From contig JAHFLL010000001.1 of assembly GCA_023244895.1 (NCBI GenBank), positions 681,802 to 745,801 of the forward strand: a stretch of DNA of 64,000 nt, written 5' to 3'. How positions within the stretch are numbered: the first letter of the stretch is position 1; each line of letters begins with the position of its first letter. A program made the position numbers and the translations under genes. The notes under the pieces were generated by a model. It searched no databases. It worked only from the letters and a program-made list of their open reading frames with translations, and was not told where the DNA came from. This DNA comes from Candidatus Liptonbacteria bacterium. Its GTDB lineage: Bacteria > Patescibacteriota > Minisyncoccia > UBA6257 > 2-01-FULL-56-20. This document shows, piece by piece, positions 9,294 to 18,984 of the stretch.

Positions 9294-10595
9294 TTATTGC
9301 TCCGCCGGTCTTTTGGCTAAAACTAACTTGAGAGTCATGGTCTTGTCCCCTCTTCTTATCTCCAATGAGATCTCGTCCCCTATGCCATAATTGGATATCA
9401 AGCTGCCCAGAGAACGTTCCGGGGTAATTTTCTTGCCATCCAAGGAAAGAATAATGTCCTCCGCCAGAATACCAGCCTTTTCCGCGGGCGAGCCGGGCGC
9501 CACCCCCGGACCATCCGCACTCCCCCTCACCAGCGCCCCATAGTCCACGGGTAGCTTTTCTTTTTCCGCGACAGCTGCCGTGACGGCCATATAGCGCACG
9601 CCTAAGTAGGCAGACTGTATCTCGCCGGTTTTTTTGACGGACGCAATGTCCCGTTTGGCGTCGTTAATCGGAATAGCAAAACCGATATTTTGTGCGCCGG
9701 AGGCCATGGCGGTGTTTATGCCAATAACCTCTCCCTTTAAATTAAGTAGTGGGCCGCCGGAGTTGCCCAGATTGATAGCCGCGTCGGTTTGAATAACACC
9801 GTGGATGGTTTCCGTACCCATACCCGGACCGGAAGCCTGGACCGTGCGCGAGAGACCGGAAATGACGCCAACCGAAACGGTATTGCGATATTCTCCCAGG
9901 GCGTTCCCGATGGAAATCGCGGTCTGACCCAATTCTATACTGTCCGAATCTCCCAACTCCACGGGAGTTAAACCGATTTTATCTATTTTTATGACTGCCA
10001 AGTCCTTGGCTGGGTCGCGCGCCAAAACCTTAGCGTCATACTTCTTGCCGTCGTTCGTAAAAACCGTGTAGGTCGCCTTGGTGTCCGCGACCACGTGTTT
10101 ATTGGTCAGAATTAAGCCATCCGCGGAGATAATAAAGCCACTGCCCCCGCCCACTTCCTGCAATTTAGAGCCCTGTTCGCATGCTTGCTGCTGAAACTGC
10201 GGGATATTGCCAAAGAATTGCTGGAACTCCGGAGGTAGGTCAGAGAAAGGATTAAGCGGGCTTGTTTGGCAGTTTTCTAGAATAGGCACATTTTTGGAAA
10301 CGGTAATCGCGACTACCGCTGGGGAGGCTTTTTTGACTGCCGCGATAGTGGCTTTTTCATAGTCCAGAGCCGGCTTATAAAGAGGAACTTCCTCTGCCTT
10401 TTTAGATTCATCTTGCTTCAAGACCGGCCCACCCTCCGAGCCTGGCACGGAGACCGGCGCCATATTGTCTTTTATACCTTGCCAAAGATTTCCCCAAAAA
10501 CCCGCCTTGACCTGGGGCGCGAATAGTATTGCAACCAATAAGAAAACCGCGACCAACCAGAAAAACTTAATATTTTTATTATTAGGTTCGTGCAT
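9294..10595 (-). CDS. htrA: HtrA/DegP-family serine protease with PDZ domain
   Basis: GSGFII, TNKHVV, DLAVIK, QTDAAINLGNSGGPL catalytic motifs; N-terminal membrane anchor; C-terminal PDZ. Confidence 0.92.
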   Translation of the reverse strand: MHEPNNKNIKFFWLVAVFLLVAILFAPQVKAGFWGNLWQGIKDNMAPVSVPGSEGGPVLKQDESKKAEEVPLYKPALDYEKATIAAVKKASPAVVAITVSKNVPILENCQTSPLNPFSDLPPEFQQFFGNIPQFQQQACEQGSKLQEVGGGSGFIISADGLILTNKHVVADTKATYTVFTNDGKKYDAKVLARDPAKDLAVIKIDKIGLTPVELGDSDSIELGQTAISIGNALGEYRNTVSVGVISGLSRTVQASGPGMGTETIHGVIQTDAAINLGNSGGPLLNLKGEVIGINTAMASGAQNIGFAIPINDAKRDIASVKKTGEIQSAYLGVRYMAVTAAVAEKEKLPVDYGALVRGSADGPGVAPGSPAEKAGILAEDIILSLDGKKITPERSLGSLISNYGIGDEISLEIRRGDKTMTLKLVLAKRPAEQ

Positions 10596-10667
10596 TTTTT
10601 GCTTATATTTCTTCGCGATATACGACGCGTAAAATATCGCTCTCTTACTTATCTGACTATATATATT

Positions 10668-11966
10668 TTAGCCTGCGGACTCTACTAATTTTCGGATAGC
10701 TCCGAGCGCCACGTCAACCTGTCTGCGGTCTGTCCCCCGGCCTAAGGTTATGCGTAAGCTGTGTCGGGCGATCTTATCATCCCCAAACATGGCTCGTAGG
10801 ACATGGGATGGTTCCGCCCCGCGCGCGGAACAGGCCGAACCCGTAGAAACCGCGACTCCCTGCATATCCAGGTAGGTCAGCGCCTCCTCGGCTAAAACGC
10901 CCGGTAGATATACATTAATATTATTGGGCAGGCGCGCGTATTTTTCACCACCCCGAACATCCGGACCGTTTAATCTGGCCTTCCTGTTTATTAATACAAT
11001 CTTTTCCCAAAAATAATTTCGTAGTCCGAAGATTCTTTTCGCCTCCTCCTGTTTTATTTTTTCCGAAACACGCACGGCTTCGGCTAGGCCGACAATATTC
11101 GCCACATTTTCCGTCCCGGAGCGCAAGCCGAACTCCTGACCCCCACCGGTTATCTGAGCCTGCAACATGGACCATGGAACAGAAAGCCTACTATCTTGTT
11201 TTGTGCCGCTTGCACCCTGTTTAATGTTGTGTGTTTTGCGTCCCATGATTAGCGCTCCCACCCCCTTCGGGCCATATATCTTGTGCCCGGAGATGGTCAT
11301 AAAATCCACCCCCAGCTCATTCGGGCGGCAATCCAGATACTGCAAGGCCTGGACCGCATCCGTATGGAAAAGCGGGTACGTGCCAGTAGCTCTGAATTTG
11401 GCTATTTCCGCGCCTATTTTAGAGATGGGCTCTATCGTGCCGATTTCGTTATTCGCATACATCACCGATACCAAAACAGTTTTGTCGTTCAATAGCTTTT
11501 TGAGCTCGGGCAGGCTCACTACTCCCTCCTCGTCCACGGGCAATATTTTTAATTCTATGAGCCCCTCCTGCTCCATATCCCGCGTGGTCTTTAAAACCGA
11601 ATCGTGCTCCACTGCCGAGACTATTACCCTCGGCAAGTAGTCCGAATGCTCCGAATGTCTTTTTTCGGATAATTCGGATGCCATTCGGGTCATTCGAGTC
11701 GCTTTTACAATCCCCCGCAAAACCAGATTGTTCGCCTCCGTAGCCGAACTGGTAAAAATCACGTCCCGGAAATCCACTTCCAGCATTTTCGCAATCGCCT
11801 CCCTGGACTTATCTATCGCCCCCATCGCTTCCTGACCGAAGGAGTGAAGTGAGCCGGGATTGCCGAAGATGTCGCTAAAATACGGCCGCATAGCCTTAAA
11901 CACCCCTTCGTCCAGAGGCGTCGTCGCGGCGTAGTCCAAATATATTCTCTTATTAGTGCCAATCAT
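10668..11966 (-). CDS. iscS: Cysteine desulfurase (IscS/NifS class) carrying two repeat-derived in-frame insertions
   Basis: IYLDYAATTP, NNEIGTI, HTDAVQ, SGHKIYGPKGVG, RSGTENV, STGSACS. Confidence 0.9.
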   Translation of the reverse strand: MIGTNKRIYLDYAATTPLDEGVFKAMRPYFSDIFGNPGSLHSFGQEAMGAIDKSREAIAKMLEVDFRDVIFTSSATEANNLVLRGIVKATRMTRMASELSEKRHSEHSDYLPRVIVSAVEHDSVLKTTRDMEQEGLIELKILPVDEEGVVSLPELKKLLNDKTVLVSVMYANNEIGTIEPISKIGAEIAKFRATGTYPLFHTDAVQALQYLDCRPNELGVDFMTISGHKIYGPKGVGALIMGRKTHNIKQGASGTKQDSRLSVPWSMLQAQITGGGQEFGLRSGTENVANIVGLAEAVRVSEKIKQEEAKRIFGLRNYFWEKIVLINRKARLNGPDVRGGEKYARLPNNINVYLPGVLAEEALTYLDMQGVAVSTGSACSARGAEPSHVLRAMFGDDKIARHSLRITLGRGTDRRQVDVALGAIRKLVESAG

Positions 11967-12150
11967 TAATTAAATATCTACACGTACTTAATCCGTCATC
12001 TAAAAGGAATTATGAATTAAGAATTGTGAATTAGGCAAATTCTAAGATCTCTTAAACCCACTACCGAGAAATAACGAGCTTAAGAGATTGGGCAGAGGCG
12101 GCGCATAAGACGCCACGTACCCAATATGCTTGACGGGAGAGCTCTCGCCG

Positions 12151-12714
12151 CTACAGGAAGATGATCAGTGTGCAGACCACCACCCAGACGAGCAGTACGA
12201 CGAAGTGCGTGAACTGCTCCTCCTTGTCAGGCTCATCGGCTTCGTACTCCCGAACCTTCCCTCCATCGTGAATGTCCCTTTCCTCCTTCAGAACCCGCCT
12301 GGGGATGCAGTTCTTGTAGTAGGAGTAGGTCCAGATCACGAAACCCACGAGTAGGAGGGGCACGCCCACCAGAAACTGAATCAGGTCGGTGCCGATCACC
12401 TTCCAGGCGATGAGGATCATAGTGAACTGCCCCACGCCGGTCTTGCTGAACTCGTCGGCCTGCTTGGTAAGCGCGCCGAGCGAGCCGTTCACAGCCTCGC
12501 CCACTTCCTTGCCGAGGCCGACCCACTTGCCGTAGGTCTCGATCCTGCGTTTGAGGTTGTCCTGCTCCACCGTCGCGATCTGCGAAGCGGTGAGTTGGCT
12601 CTTGGGAACAGAGACCATCTCCTCCTGGCCCGGTGCGGTCTGGGCCAGTACCGGCTGGACAAACCCAGCCAGAACTACGAACGCGACGAGGACGAACAGC
12701 AGTCTGCGCATCAC
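12151..12714 (-). CDS. GC-rich orphan membrane protein with signal peptide
   Basis: Signal peptide plus ~3 TM segments; high GC3; own promoter and SD (AAGGGAG). Confidence 0.75.
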   Translation of the reverse strand: MMRRLLFVLVAFVVLAGFVQPVLAQTAPGQEEMVSVPKSQLTASQIATVEQDNLKRRIETYGKWVGLGKEVGEAVNGSLGALTKQADEFSKTGVGQFTMILIAWKVIGTDLIQFLVGVPLLLVGFVIWTYSYYKNCIPRRVLKEERDIHDGGKVREYEADEPDKEEQFTHFVVLLVWVVVCTLIIFL

Positions 12715-12859
12715 ACTCTCCCTTGTTTGAGCCCAGCTTGAAAACTGGGCTGTTGGCTACGGCCCTCAAGAACAATTAATCAAAGATTGATTCCTGAAGG
12801 CCATAGCCACCCTTATCAAAGAACGGCCATAATATAAAATATGAATATTAATATGTCAA
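12715..12859 (-). promoter_or_regulatory. sigma70 promoter with structured 5' leader for the orphan gene
   Basis: TTGACA-N17-TATATT (12831-12859); boxA-like GTTCTTTGA; 17-bp stem with three G-U pairs; second hairpin AGCCCAG/CTGGGCT. Confidence 0.7.
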
Positions 12860-12882
12860 TTTTTCTGCTTGATTCAGACTAG

Positions 12883-13437
12883 TTATGACTTCCCAAACCT
12901 GACCTCCTTCATCTCCCCCGTCTCCCGGTCGGGAATGAGAAACGCACCCTTCTCTCTATATATATCATATAGCCTCTTAGTCAGTTCTACATCTTTGAGA
13001 CAATATTCCTTCAGCTCCTCAAATCTGCGTTCGTCGTACATCTTAATGGCTTCTGAGCCATGCCCGGTTTTAGCCTCCCCTAAATTCGCCTCCGCGAGGC
13101 GGCTTAAACTGATACGCCGTCCGGTAACAAACTCTATTTTATCCAGCAGATCAACCCGTTCCTTCCCAAACAAATCTAGGCCCACTTTCAGCCTATTAAA
13201 ATGATAGTTCAAGACCGGAATATCGTAGCGATTACTACTGAAGCCAACCAGCGTGTCTGCCCTGTTAAAGTGTTCCGCCGCCAGCACCAACTCATTCTCA
13301 TTAAAATAAGAATATTTATCGGTTTCATATTCATAGATACCCACGCCAGAAATTTTAAGGCGCGCGAAATTATTCCAACCCACATCCGGGTCGGTAAAAA
13401 AGTTGGCTGTCTCAATATCAAATACTAAAGTTTTCAT
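12883..13437 (-). CDS. RNase H-like (DnaQ/DEDD, RNase_H_2-type) 3'-5' exonuclease domain protein
   Basis: VFDIET, GFSSNRYDIP, YCLKDVELT acidic motifs. Confidence 0.8.
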   Translation of the reverse strand: MKTLVFDIETANFFTDPDVGWNNFARLKISGVGIYEYETDKYSYFNENELVLAAEHFNRADTLVGFSSNRYDIPVLNYHFNRLKVGLDLFGKERVDLLDKIEFVTGRRISLSRLAEANLGEAKTGHGSEAIKMYDERRFEELKEYCLKDVELTKRLYDIYREKGAFLIPDRETGEMKEVRFGKS

Positions 13438-13479
13438 TTGTATTCCCTGTTCTGTCTTTTACTACCTACTGCTAACTAA

Positions 13480-14004
13480 TCAGTGCGTGTATCTGTCCGC
13501 CACATTAGATGCCGCGTAGCTGTCTGGCTTGGTGATTGCTTCAAAATTGTAAGCGCGGATCATACCGACAACTTCTTGGATCAAGCTCTTGGTCGCTCCC
13601 CCCTCGCCCACGTCCGCGTGGATTTCAAACTCCCATTCCGGAATATTTTCCGCGCCTGGCCCGCTCGCGGGAATAAGATTGCGCAACTCCCCTAGAACCT
13701 GCTGGCCCAACTCTAAAGAAAGCATCACTTCCTTAATAATCCTGTCCCGCAAGGTGTGGAACTTGCCGTAATCTAAATGGCGCCAGAAGTACCTACCCCC
13801 GCTGCCTATGCGATGGATGACCACCGCAGTCACAAAATCAACCTTGTCTTCCGAATTCTTCTGGGAATCGGTGCCAATGGTTATCTTGTACTTGCGGAGT
13901 GGCTCCGCTCGCATAAAACCAACCAAATCCTCCACGAGCTCGGGGACGGTTCGCTTTAGGCCATATGCGCTATTAAACTTAGTATCTTCGGACACAATAT
14001 CCAT
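13480..14004 (-). CDS. YkuK/DUF458-family RNase H-like protein
   Basis: ITIGTDSQ, TAVVIHRIGSGGRYF, EIHADVG, KPDSYAASNVADR; ATG at 14004 follows TTGACA-N16-TAGAGT. Confidence 0.8.
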   Translation of the reverse strand: MDIVSEDTKFNSAYGLKRTVPELVEDLVGFMRAEPLRKYKITIGTDSQKNSEDKVDFVTAVVIHRIGSGGRYFWRHLDYGKFHTLRDRIIKEVMLSLELGQQVLGELRNLIPASGPGAENIPEWEFEIHADVGEGGATKSLIQEVVGMIRAYNFEAITKPDSYAASNVADRYTH

Positions 14005-14050
14005 ACCAAAGCACTCTACTCCAAACCTAAATCCTGTCAAAAAAATTGAA

Positions 14051-14076
14051 GCCCGGACGCTGTTCTGTCCGGGCTA
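14051..14076 (-). terminator. Intrinsic terminator of the orphan ORF
   Basis: GCCCGGAC...GTCCGGGC hairpin with adjacent A-tract on the + strand. Confidence 0.65.
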
Positions 14077-14099
14077 AAGCCTTCTCTGTCCGCCGTCTC

Positions 14100-14438
14100 C
14101 TAGGACGGCTTACCAGACGGCAACGCGATGGACTCGCCGTATGCCCGCACCGTCTCCATGGCGGAGACCGTCCCGTCCTGGCGGCGCAGCTCCTCAGCCG
14201 TGTCCGAGGCCAGCCGGGCCGTGACCCGTTCCGCGTCCTCGATCACTCCCGAAATTCTGCCCACGAGGGGGGAGATGGCCAGCAGTTGACGCATGACCCT
14301 CTCGGCCTCCACCTGGCGCTCCAGGAGCTGCTTCTTGTCGTTGTCCACCACAGCGAAGAGTTGAGCGTGGATTCTCGACAAGGAAGCGTTCAGTGTTTCC
14401 ACCGCCTCGGTCAATGTGACCTGTCTTGACTCTGCCAC
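14100..14438 (-). CDS. GC-rich orphan coiled-coil protein
   Basis: GTG start preceded by GGAGGAGG; promoter TTGACG-N16-TATGAT at 14482-14509. Confidence 0.65.
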   Translation of the reverse strand: MAESRQVTLTEAVETLNASLSRIHAQLFAVVDNDKKQLLERQVEAERVMRQLLAISPLVGRISGVIEDAERVTARLASDTAEELRRQDGTVSAMETVRAYGESIALPSGKPS

Positions 14439-14561
14439 AGCAGACCTCCTCCCCAACCGAGAAACCGGTCAGGCTGGCCCAATCATATCAATAGAAATAG
14501 ATACGTCAATTCCAAAACCATATAAAAAACGCAACGCCCGTGGCCACGATGGCAACGAGCG

Positions 14562-14819
14562 TTATTTTTTGGTCTCATCTTTCGCTTGCCCTGCCCGCGC
14601 GATAGCCAGAGCGGACACGAGCGAGAGGTGAAGGTGCGCGAGAGTGCGCAGGGAGCCATACAGAGCGAGCTCGGCCTGGGCGGCGGCTTCCAGCACAGAG
14701 AGCTCTTCGGGAGAGACTCCCCGCTCCAGAGCATTGCGCACTTCCTGAATCAATCCCAAGACGCGCCGACGTGACTCGGCCGCCTTTTGTCGTTCGTCAA
14801 ACAGCCTCGCTGGGTCCAT
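14562..14819 (-). CDS. GC-rich orphan helical protein
   Basis: ATG at 14819 preceded by G-rich SD-like GGGGAAGGGGG; hairpin/terminator at ~14525-14570. Confidence 0.55.
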   Translation of the reverse strand: MDPARLFDERQKAAESRRRVLGLIQEVRNALERGVSPEELSVLEAAAQAELALYGSLRTLAHLHLSLVSALAIARAGQAKDETKK

Positions 14820-14964
14820 AAGTCCCCCTTCCCCTGCACTCAACTAACACCTTCCAGTCATAAAAATCAAGACAGTACTAATATATATATCCTTAAAATG
14901 ACGAACGCTCGCGATGCCCAATGCATCGCGAGCGCTACCCTACTACGCCACGCATAGACGCCTC

Positions 14965-15207
14965 CTACGCCCGGGACGACCAACGAAGTTCAAACTCCTC
15001 TCGGGCTGCCTTCAGGTTGTCCATAGCTTCGGCAAGCCCGTCAAGCGAATCCGCGCAGGAGTTGCTTGAGGTCACGAGCTTGTCGACCGGAGGCTCACTG
15101 CCCTTTGGTCTTCCGGCCCATTCCCGATATCTGGCGGCTAGGCCCTTCGTTTTCACGGTTAGCGCCGCAACCAGATCCAGGAATGCGATTCCGTTTGGGG
15201 TGTCCAT
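14965..15207 (-). CDS. GC-rich orphan helical protein
   Basis: GGGAGGTG SD; extended -10 TGcTATAGT; hairpin CGCTCGCGATG...CATCGCGAGCG downstream. Confidence 0.6.
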   Translation of the reverse strand: MDTPNGIAFLDLVAALTVKTKGLAARYREWAGRPKGSEPPVDKLVTSSNSCADSLDGLAEAMDNLKAAREEFELRWSSRA

Positions 15208-15301
15208 GGCTCACCTCCCTTCTCCCAAGACGGTTCCTGCCCTTACTATAGCAAATCGCGGGTGCGCCGAAAAATATCGTAAATTCGCCTGCTTATAGAA
15301 A

Positions 15302-16648
15302 TTATTTGTTGTGGATTAGACCCAAAATTTCTTCTGTCTTCTGTTGCATAAGCTCTCTACTTTTGGCTTCTAAGTTTAAACGCAACATCCGTTCGCCGGT
15401 ATTAGAAAATCTCAGGTTCGCGCGCCAATCTGGATATTCTATTGAAATCCCATCCATATTGTTCATGCGTGCATCCGCGTAACGTCTTTCTAGCCTGGCC
15501 AGGACATTCTCTGAGTCAAATATATCCTTGAGGTAAGTATTTATCTCTCCCGAGATAAAATATTTTTGGAAAAGAGGCTCAAATAGCTCGCTAACCTTCC
15601 GGCCCGATTCCGAAACTATCTGAGATATGGTTAGGAATGGGATAAGACCGTTGTCCGCGTAAAAATAGTCGCGGAAGTAGTAGTGTCCGCTCATCTCTCC
15701 TCCGAAAACCGCGTCCTCTTTGCGCATACGTTCTTTAATGAATGTGTGACCTGCTTTATTTTCTATCGTACTGCCGCCTGCCGCCCCAACCAGATCTATG
15801 GTCGCTCGCGTTAAACGCAAGTCGCTCACCACCCTTGCGCCAGGATTCTTTTTCGCGAAATATTCTCCCAGAAAAGCGGTAATGTAATAGCCGGGAATGT
15901 AACGACCATTCTCGTCAAAAAGGAAGAATCTGTCCGCGTCCGCATCCCAAGCTACCCCAAAATCCGGTTTTTCTTTTTTTACCAGCTCTTCTGTCTCCAC
16001 CCTGTTCTGTTCCTGCAATGGATCGGGCTGGCCCTTAGGAAAACTGCCATCCATTTCTTCATTTAAGGGAATTATCTGAAACGGCAGATTAGCATTGCGA
16101 ATGTTTCGCAGCACTGGACCATTCATTCCGTTGATAACTATCCGCAAGGGCTTAAGCTTAGAAATATCAATAAATTCCAGGCACTTCTTTAAATAATCCG
16201 ACATAATTTCCTTGCCGCTTACCTGGCCCGCTATTTCCGCCTTATGTGCGTAGCCACCTTCCACCAACTTCTTTATATCGGACAGGCCAGAATCGGAAGA
16301 GATGGCCACTGCGTGGGCTCGCACCATTTTGATGCCGTTATATTCCCTTTTGTCGTGCGAGGCGGTTATACTCATGCCCCCATCCACCGGATATGCTCCA
16401 GCGGCAAAATAGAGCATGTCTGTAGTAATCACCCCGATGTCTATCACATTCACTCCATGGTCCATAAAACCCTGGGCGGCAGCACGACACAAAGCTGGAC
16501 CAGACAATCTCACGTCCCGTCCCAAAACCACCACTTTGGGCGAATACATTTTGCTGTATGCCTGAGCAATTGCATATACAGCCTTCTCGTCTATGTCCTC
16601 CGGATAGATGCCTCTTATATCGTATGCCTTGAATATGGCTGGATTCAT
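15302..16648 (-). CDS. Phosphomannomutase/phosphoglucomutase
   Basis: IFKAYDIRG, ITASHD, DADADR, GGEMSGHYYF. Confidence 0.92.
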   Translation of the reverse strand: MNPAIFKAYDIRGIYPEDIDEKAVYAIAQAYSKMYSPKVVVLGRDVRLSGPALCRAAAQGFMDHGVNVIDIGVITTDMLYFAAGAYPVDGGMSITASHDKREYNGIKMVRAHAVAISSDSGLSDIKKLVEGGYAHKAEIAGQVSGKEIMSDYLKKCLEFIDISKLKPLRIVINGMNGPVLRNIRNANLPFQIIPLNEEMDGSFPKGQPDPLQEQNRVETEELVKKEKPDFGVAWDADADRFFLFDENGRYIPGYYITAFLGEYFAKKNPGARVVSDLRLTRATIDLVGAAGGSTIENKAGHTFIKERMRKEDAVFGGEMSGHYYFRDYFYADNGLIPFLTISQIVSESGRKVSELFEPLFQKYFISGEINTYLKDIFDSENVLARLERRYADARMNNMDGISIEYPDWRANLRFSNTGERMLRLNLEAKSRELMQQKTEEILGLIHNK

Positions 16649-16760
16649 ATTTTCAAATTATATCCTAAATCGCGTAGAAACATGCAACCACTACCCCGGG
16701 AGCAATGTCCCAAAGGGGCGGATTGATATTTCTTCATTAATAGACGAAAATATATGGCGT

Positions 16761-18929
16761 ATGGCCAAGAAGAATAAAGATAAGGAGCGCAATCTCAGAA
16801 ACAACCGAGGAGAGGACAAAAACGGAAAAATTAGAAAATTACATCCCGATACTGCCCGTAGCATCTGGGCGGTAGCTTGCCTGGGCGTGGCCTTGATTCT
16901 ATCCCTGGCCGGGTTTCATAAGGCCGGGCCGGTGGGCGAATGGATTTTTTTCGTACTCAACTATCTCTTGGGCTGGGGTTATTTTTTGTTGCCGATAGTG
17001 TTTCTGGTAATGGCCGGAATACTTTTCGCCTACGACCGCAAGACCTGGGTAGGACTTACCACGCTTGGCGCGGTTTTCTTTGTTTTCTCCGTCTTAGGAT
17101 TAATTCATATTTATTCTCCGGGTAGCGGCGGCATCTTTGGAATGGTGTTGGGCGCGCTAAGGCTAGCCTTTGGCAACCTCGCGGCGGTAATTATAAATAT
17201 TGTAATCGCCCTAATTTCCGCGCTAGTTACGCTTAACACTCCCCTACGCCTAACCTGGTTTAAGTGGCAGAAAAAATTGCTGGATACCACGGAGACGGAA
17301 GAGGAAGACGCGCCGGTTCTGATAGTAGGCGAAGCGAATCAAAAGATGGGCAACAAGGAAGAGCCGCCCAAAGAAGATAAAAAAGAAGAACAAGAATCAG
17401 AGCCGGAGGTAAAGCATATGTCCATCTTTGGCATGGGAGGCAAAAAGCCGACCGCGGTTAAGTTCAAAAACTATTCCGCTCCTCCCTTAGACTTGCTGCT
17501 CACGTCCACCGAGAAGCCGACCACCGGGGATTTGCGCGCCAACGCCAATATTATTAAACGCACCCTGGAAAGCTTCGGAATAATTGTGGAAATGGGCGAG
17601 ATAAACGTGGGGCCTAAGTTTACCCGTTATACCCTAAAGCCCGCGGAAGGAATGAAACTTTCCCGCATAACCGCCTTAGGTCAGGATCTGGCTATGGCGC
17701 TCGCCGCTCATCCAATTCGTATTGAGGCCCCGATTCCGGGCAAGTCTCTGGTTGGTATTGAGGTGCCGAATAAATCCGCCTCCGCGGTGCGTCTAGGCAG
17801 TATGTTGAGCTACCCCGAGTTCCAATCCGCGGGCGCGCTTGCTTTTGCTCTGGGCCGGGACGTGATGGGCGAACCACTCTACGCCAACATTGAGAAGATG
17901 CCTCACCTTTTAATCGCGGGCGCGACCGGCACCGGTAAGTCGGTGGCCCTCCACTCGCTCATTATCTCACTGCTCTACAAAAACTCTCCCGCCAATCTGC
18001 GTTTCATTATGATTGACCCCAAGCGGGTGGAGCTTTCTATGTATGAAAACATCCCCCACCTGGTCGGACCGGTTATAACGGATAATAAAAAAGCGCTCAA
18101 CGTTTTCCGCTACGCCATAAATGAAATGGAGAAGCGCTACGAAACATTCCAAAAATGCGGCAACCGCGACATTAAAAGCTACAACTTAGGCACTGGCAAA
18201 GAGAATCCTCTGCCCTATCTAATGATTATCGTGGACGAAGTAGCGGATATGATGAAGTCTTATGGCCGAGAAGTGGAAGGCTCTATTGTACGCTTGGCGC
18301 AAATGGCGCGCGCGACCGGCATCCACCTGGTCCTTTCCACGCAACGTCCTTCCGTGGAAGTCATCACCGGCCTGATTAAAGCTAACATCACCTACCGCAT
18401 CGCGCTCAAAGTTTTCAGCCAAATTGACTCTCGCACCATTTTGGACACCGGTGGAGCGGAAACGCTTTTGGGTGGTGGAGACATGTTATTTATTTCCGGA
18501 GACAATCCCAAGCCGCGCCGCATGCAGGGTTCTTACATAACAGAAGAAGAAATTAATCGGGTGGCGGATTATGTGCGCGAAAACAATCAGGCCATCGTGG
18601 AAGATGTGAATGTTAGCTTTGAGGGCAACTCCGAAAATGGCCATAGCGGGGAAGGAAGCGCGAACGGCAACGGTGGCATGGCCAGCATGAATACTTTTGA
18701 CGATTTTAGCGATGAGAACGGCAGCGACGAGTTATATGACGAAGCCGTCCGCGTAGTGCGGGAGGCACGCAAAGCATCTGCCTCGTATCTCCAGCGCCGC
18801 CTGGCAGTGGGCTACGCTCGCGCCGCCAAACTCTTGGACATGATGGAGGAACGGGGCGTGGTCGGCCCGGGCGAGGGCGCCAAACCCCGCGAAGTGTTTC
18901 TTACCTCCGAACCTCCCGCCGCGGAATAA
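16761..18929 (+). CDS. ftsK: DNA translocase FtsK/SpoIIIE
   Basis: N-terminal TM domain; PHLLIAGATGTGKS; IVDEVADMM; gamma domain ASASYLQRRLAVGYARAA; start taken at MAKKNK. Confidence 0.93.
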   Translation: MAKKNKDKERNLRNNRGEDKNGKIRKLHPDTARSIWAVACLGVALILSLAGFHKAGPVGEWIFFVLNYLLGWGYFLLPIVFLVMAGILFAYDRKTWVGLTTLGAVFFVFSVLGLIHIYSPGSGGIFGMVLGALRLAFGNLAAVIINIVIALISALVTLNTPLRLTWFKWQKKLLDTTETEEEDAPVLIVGEANQKMGNKEEPPKEDKKEEQESEPEVKHMSIFGMGGKKPTAVKFKNYSAPPLDLLLTSTEKPTTGDLRANANIIKRTLESFGIIVEMGEINVGPKFTRYTLKPAEGMKLSRITALGQDLAMALAAHPIRIEAPIPGKSLVGIEVPNKSASAVRLGSMLSYPEFQSAGALAFALGRDVMGEPLYANIEKMPHLLIAGATGTGKSVALHSLIISLLYKNSPANLRFIMIDPKRVELSMYENIPHLVGPVITDNKKALNVFRYAINEMEKRYETFQKCGNRDIKSYNLGTGKENPLPYLMIIVDEVADMMKSYGREVEGSIVRLAQMARATGIHLVLSTQRPSVEVITGLIKANITYRIALKVFSQIDSRTILDTGGAETLLGGGDMLFISGDNPKPRRMQGSYITEEEINRVADYVRENNQAIVEDVNVSFEGNSENGHSGEGSANGNGGMASMNTFDDFSDENGSDELYDEAVRVVREARKASASYLQRRLAVGYARAAKLLDMMEERGVVGPGEGAKPREVFLTSEPPAAE

Positions 18930-18984
18930 ATCGCAAACCTCAGCTCCCCTACTTATCACTATCTACTCACTACCTACTAATTAG

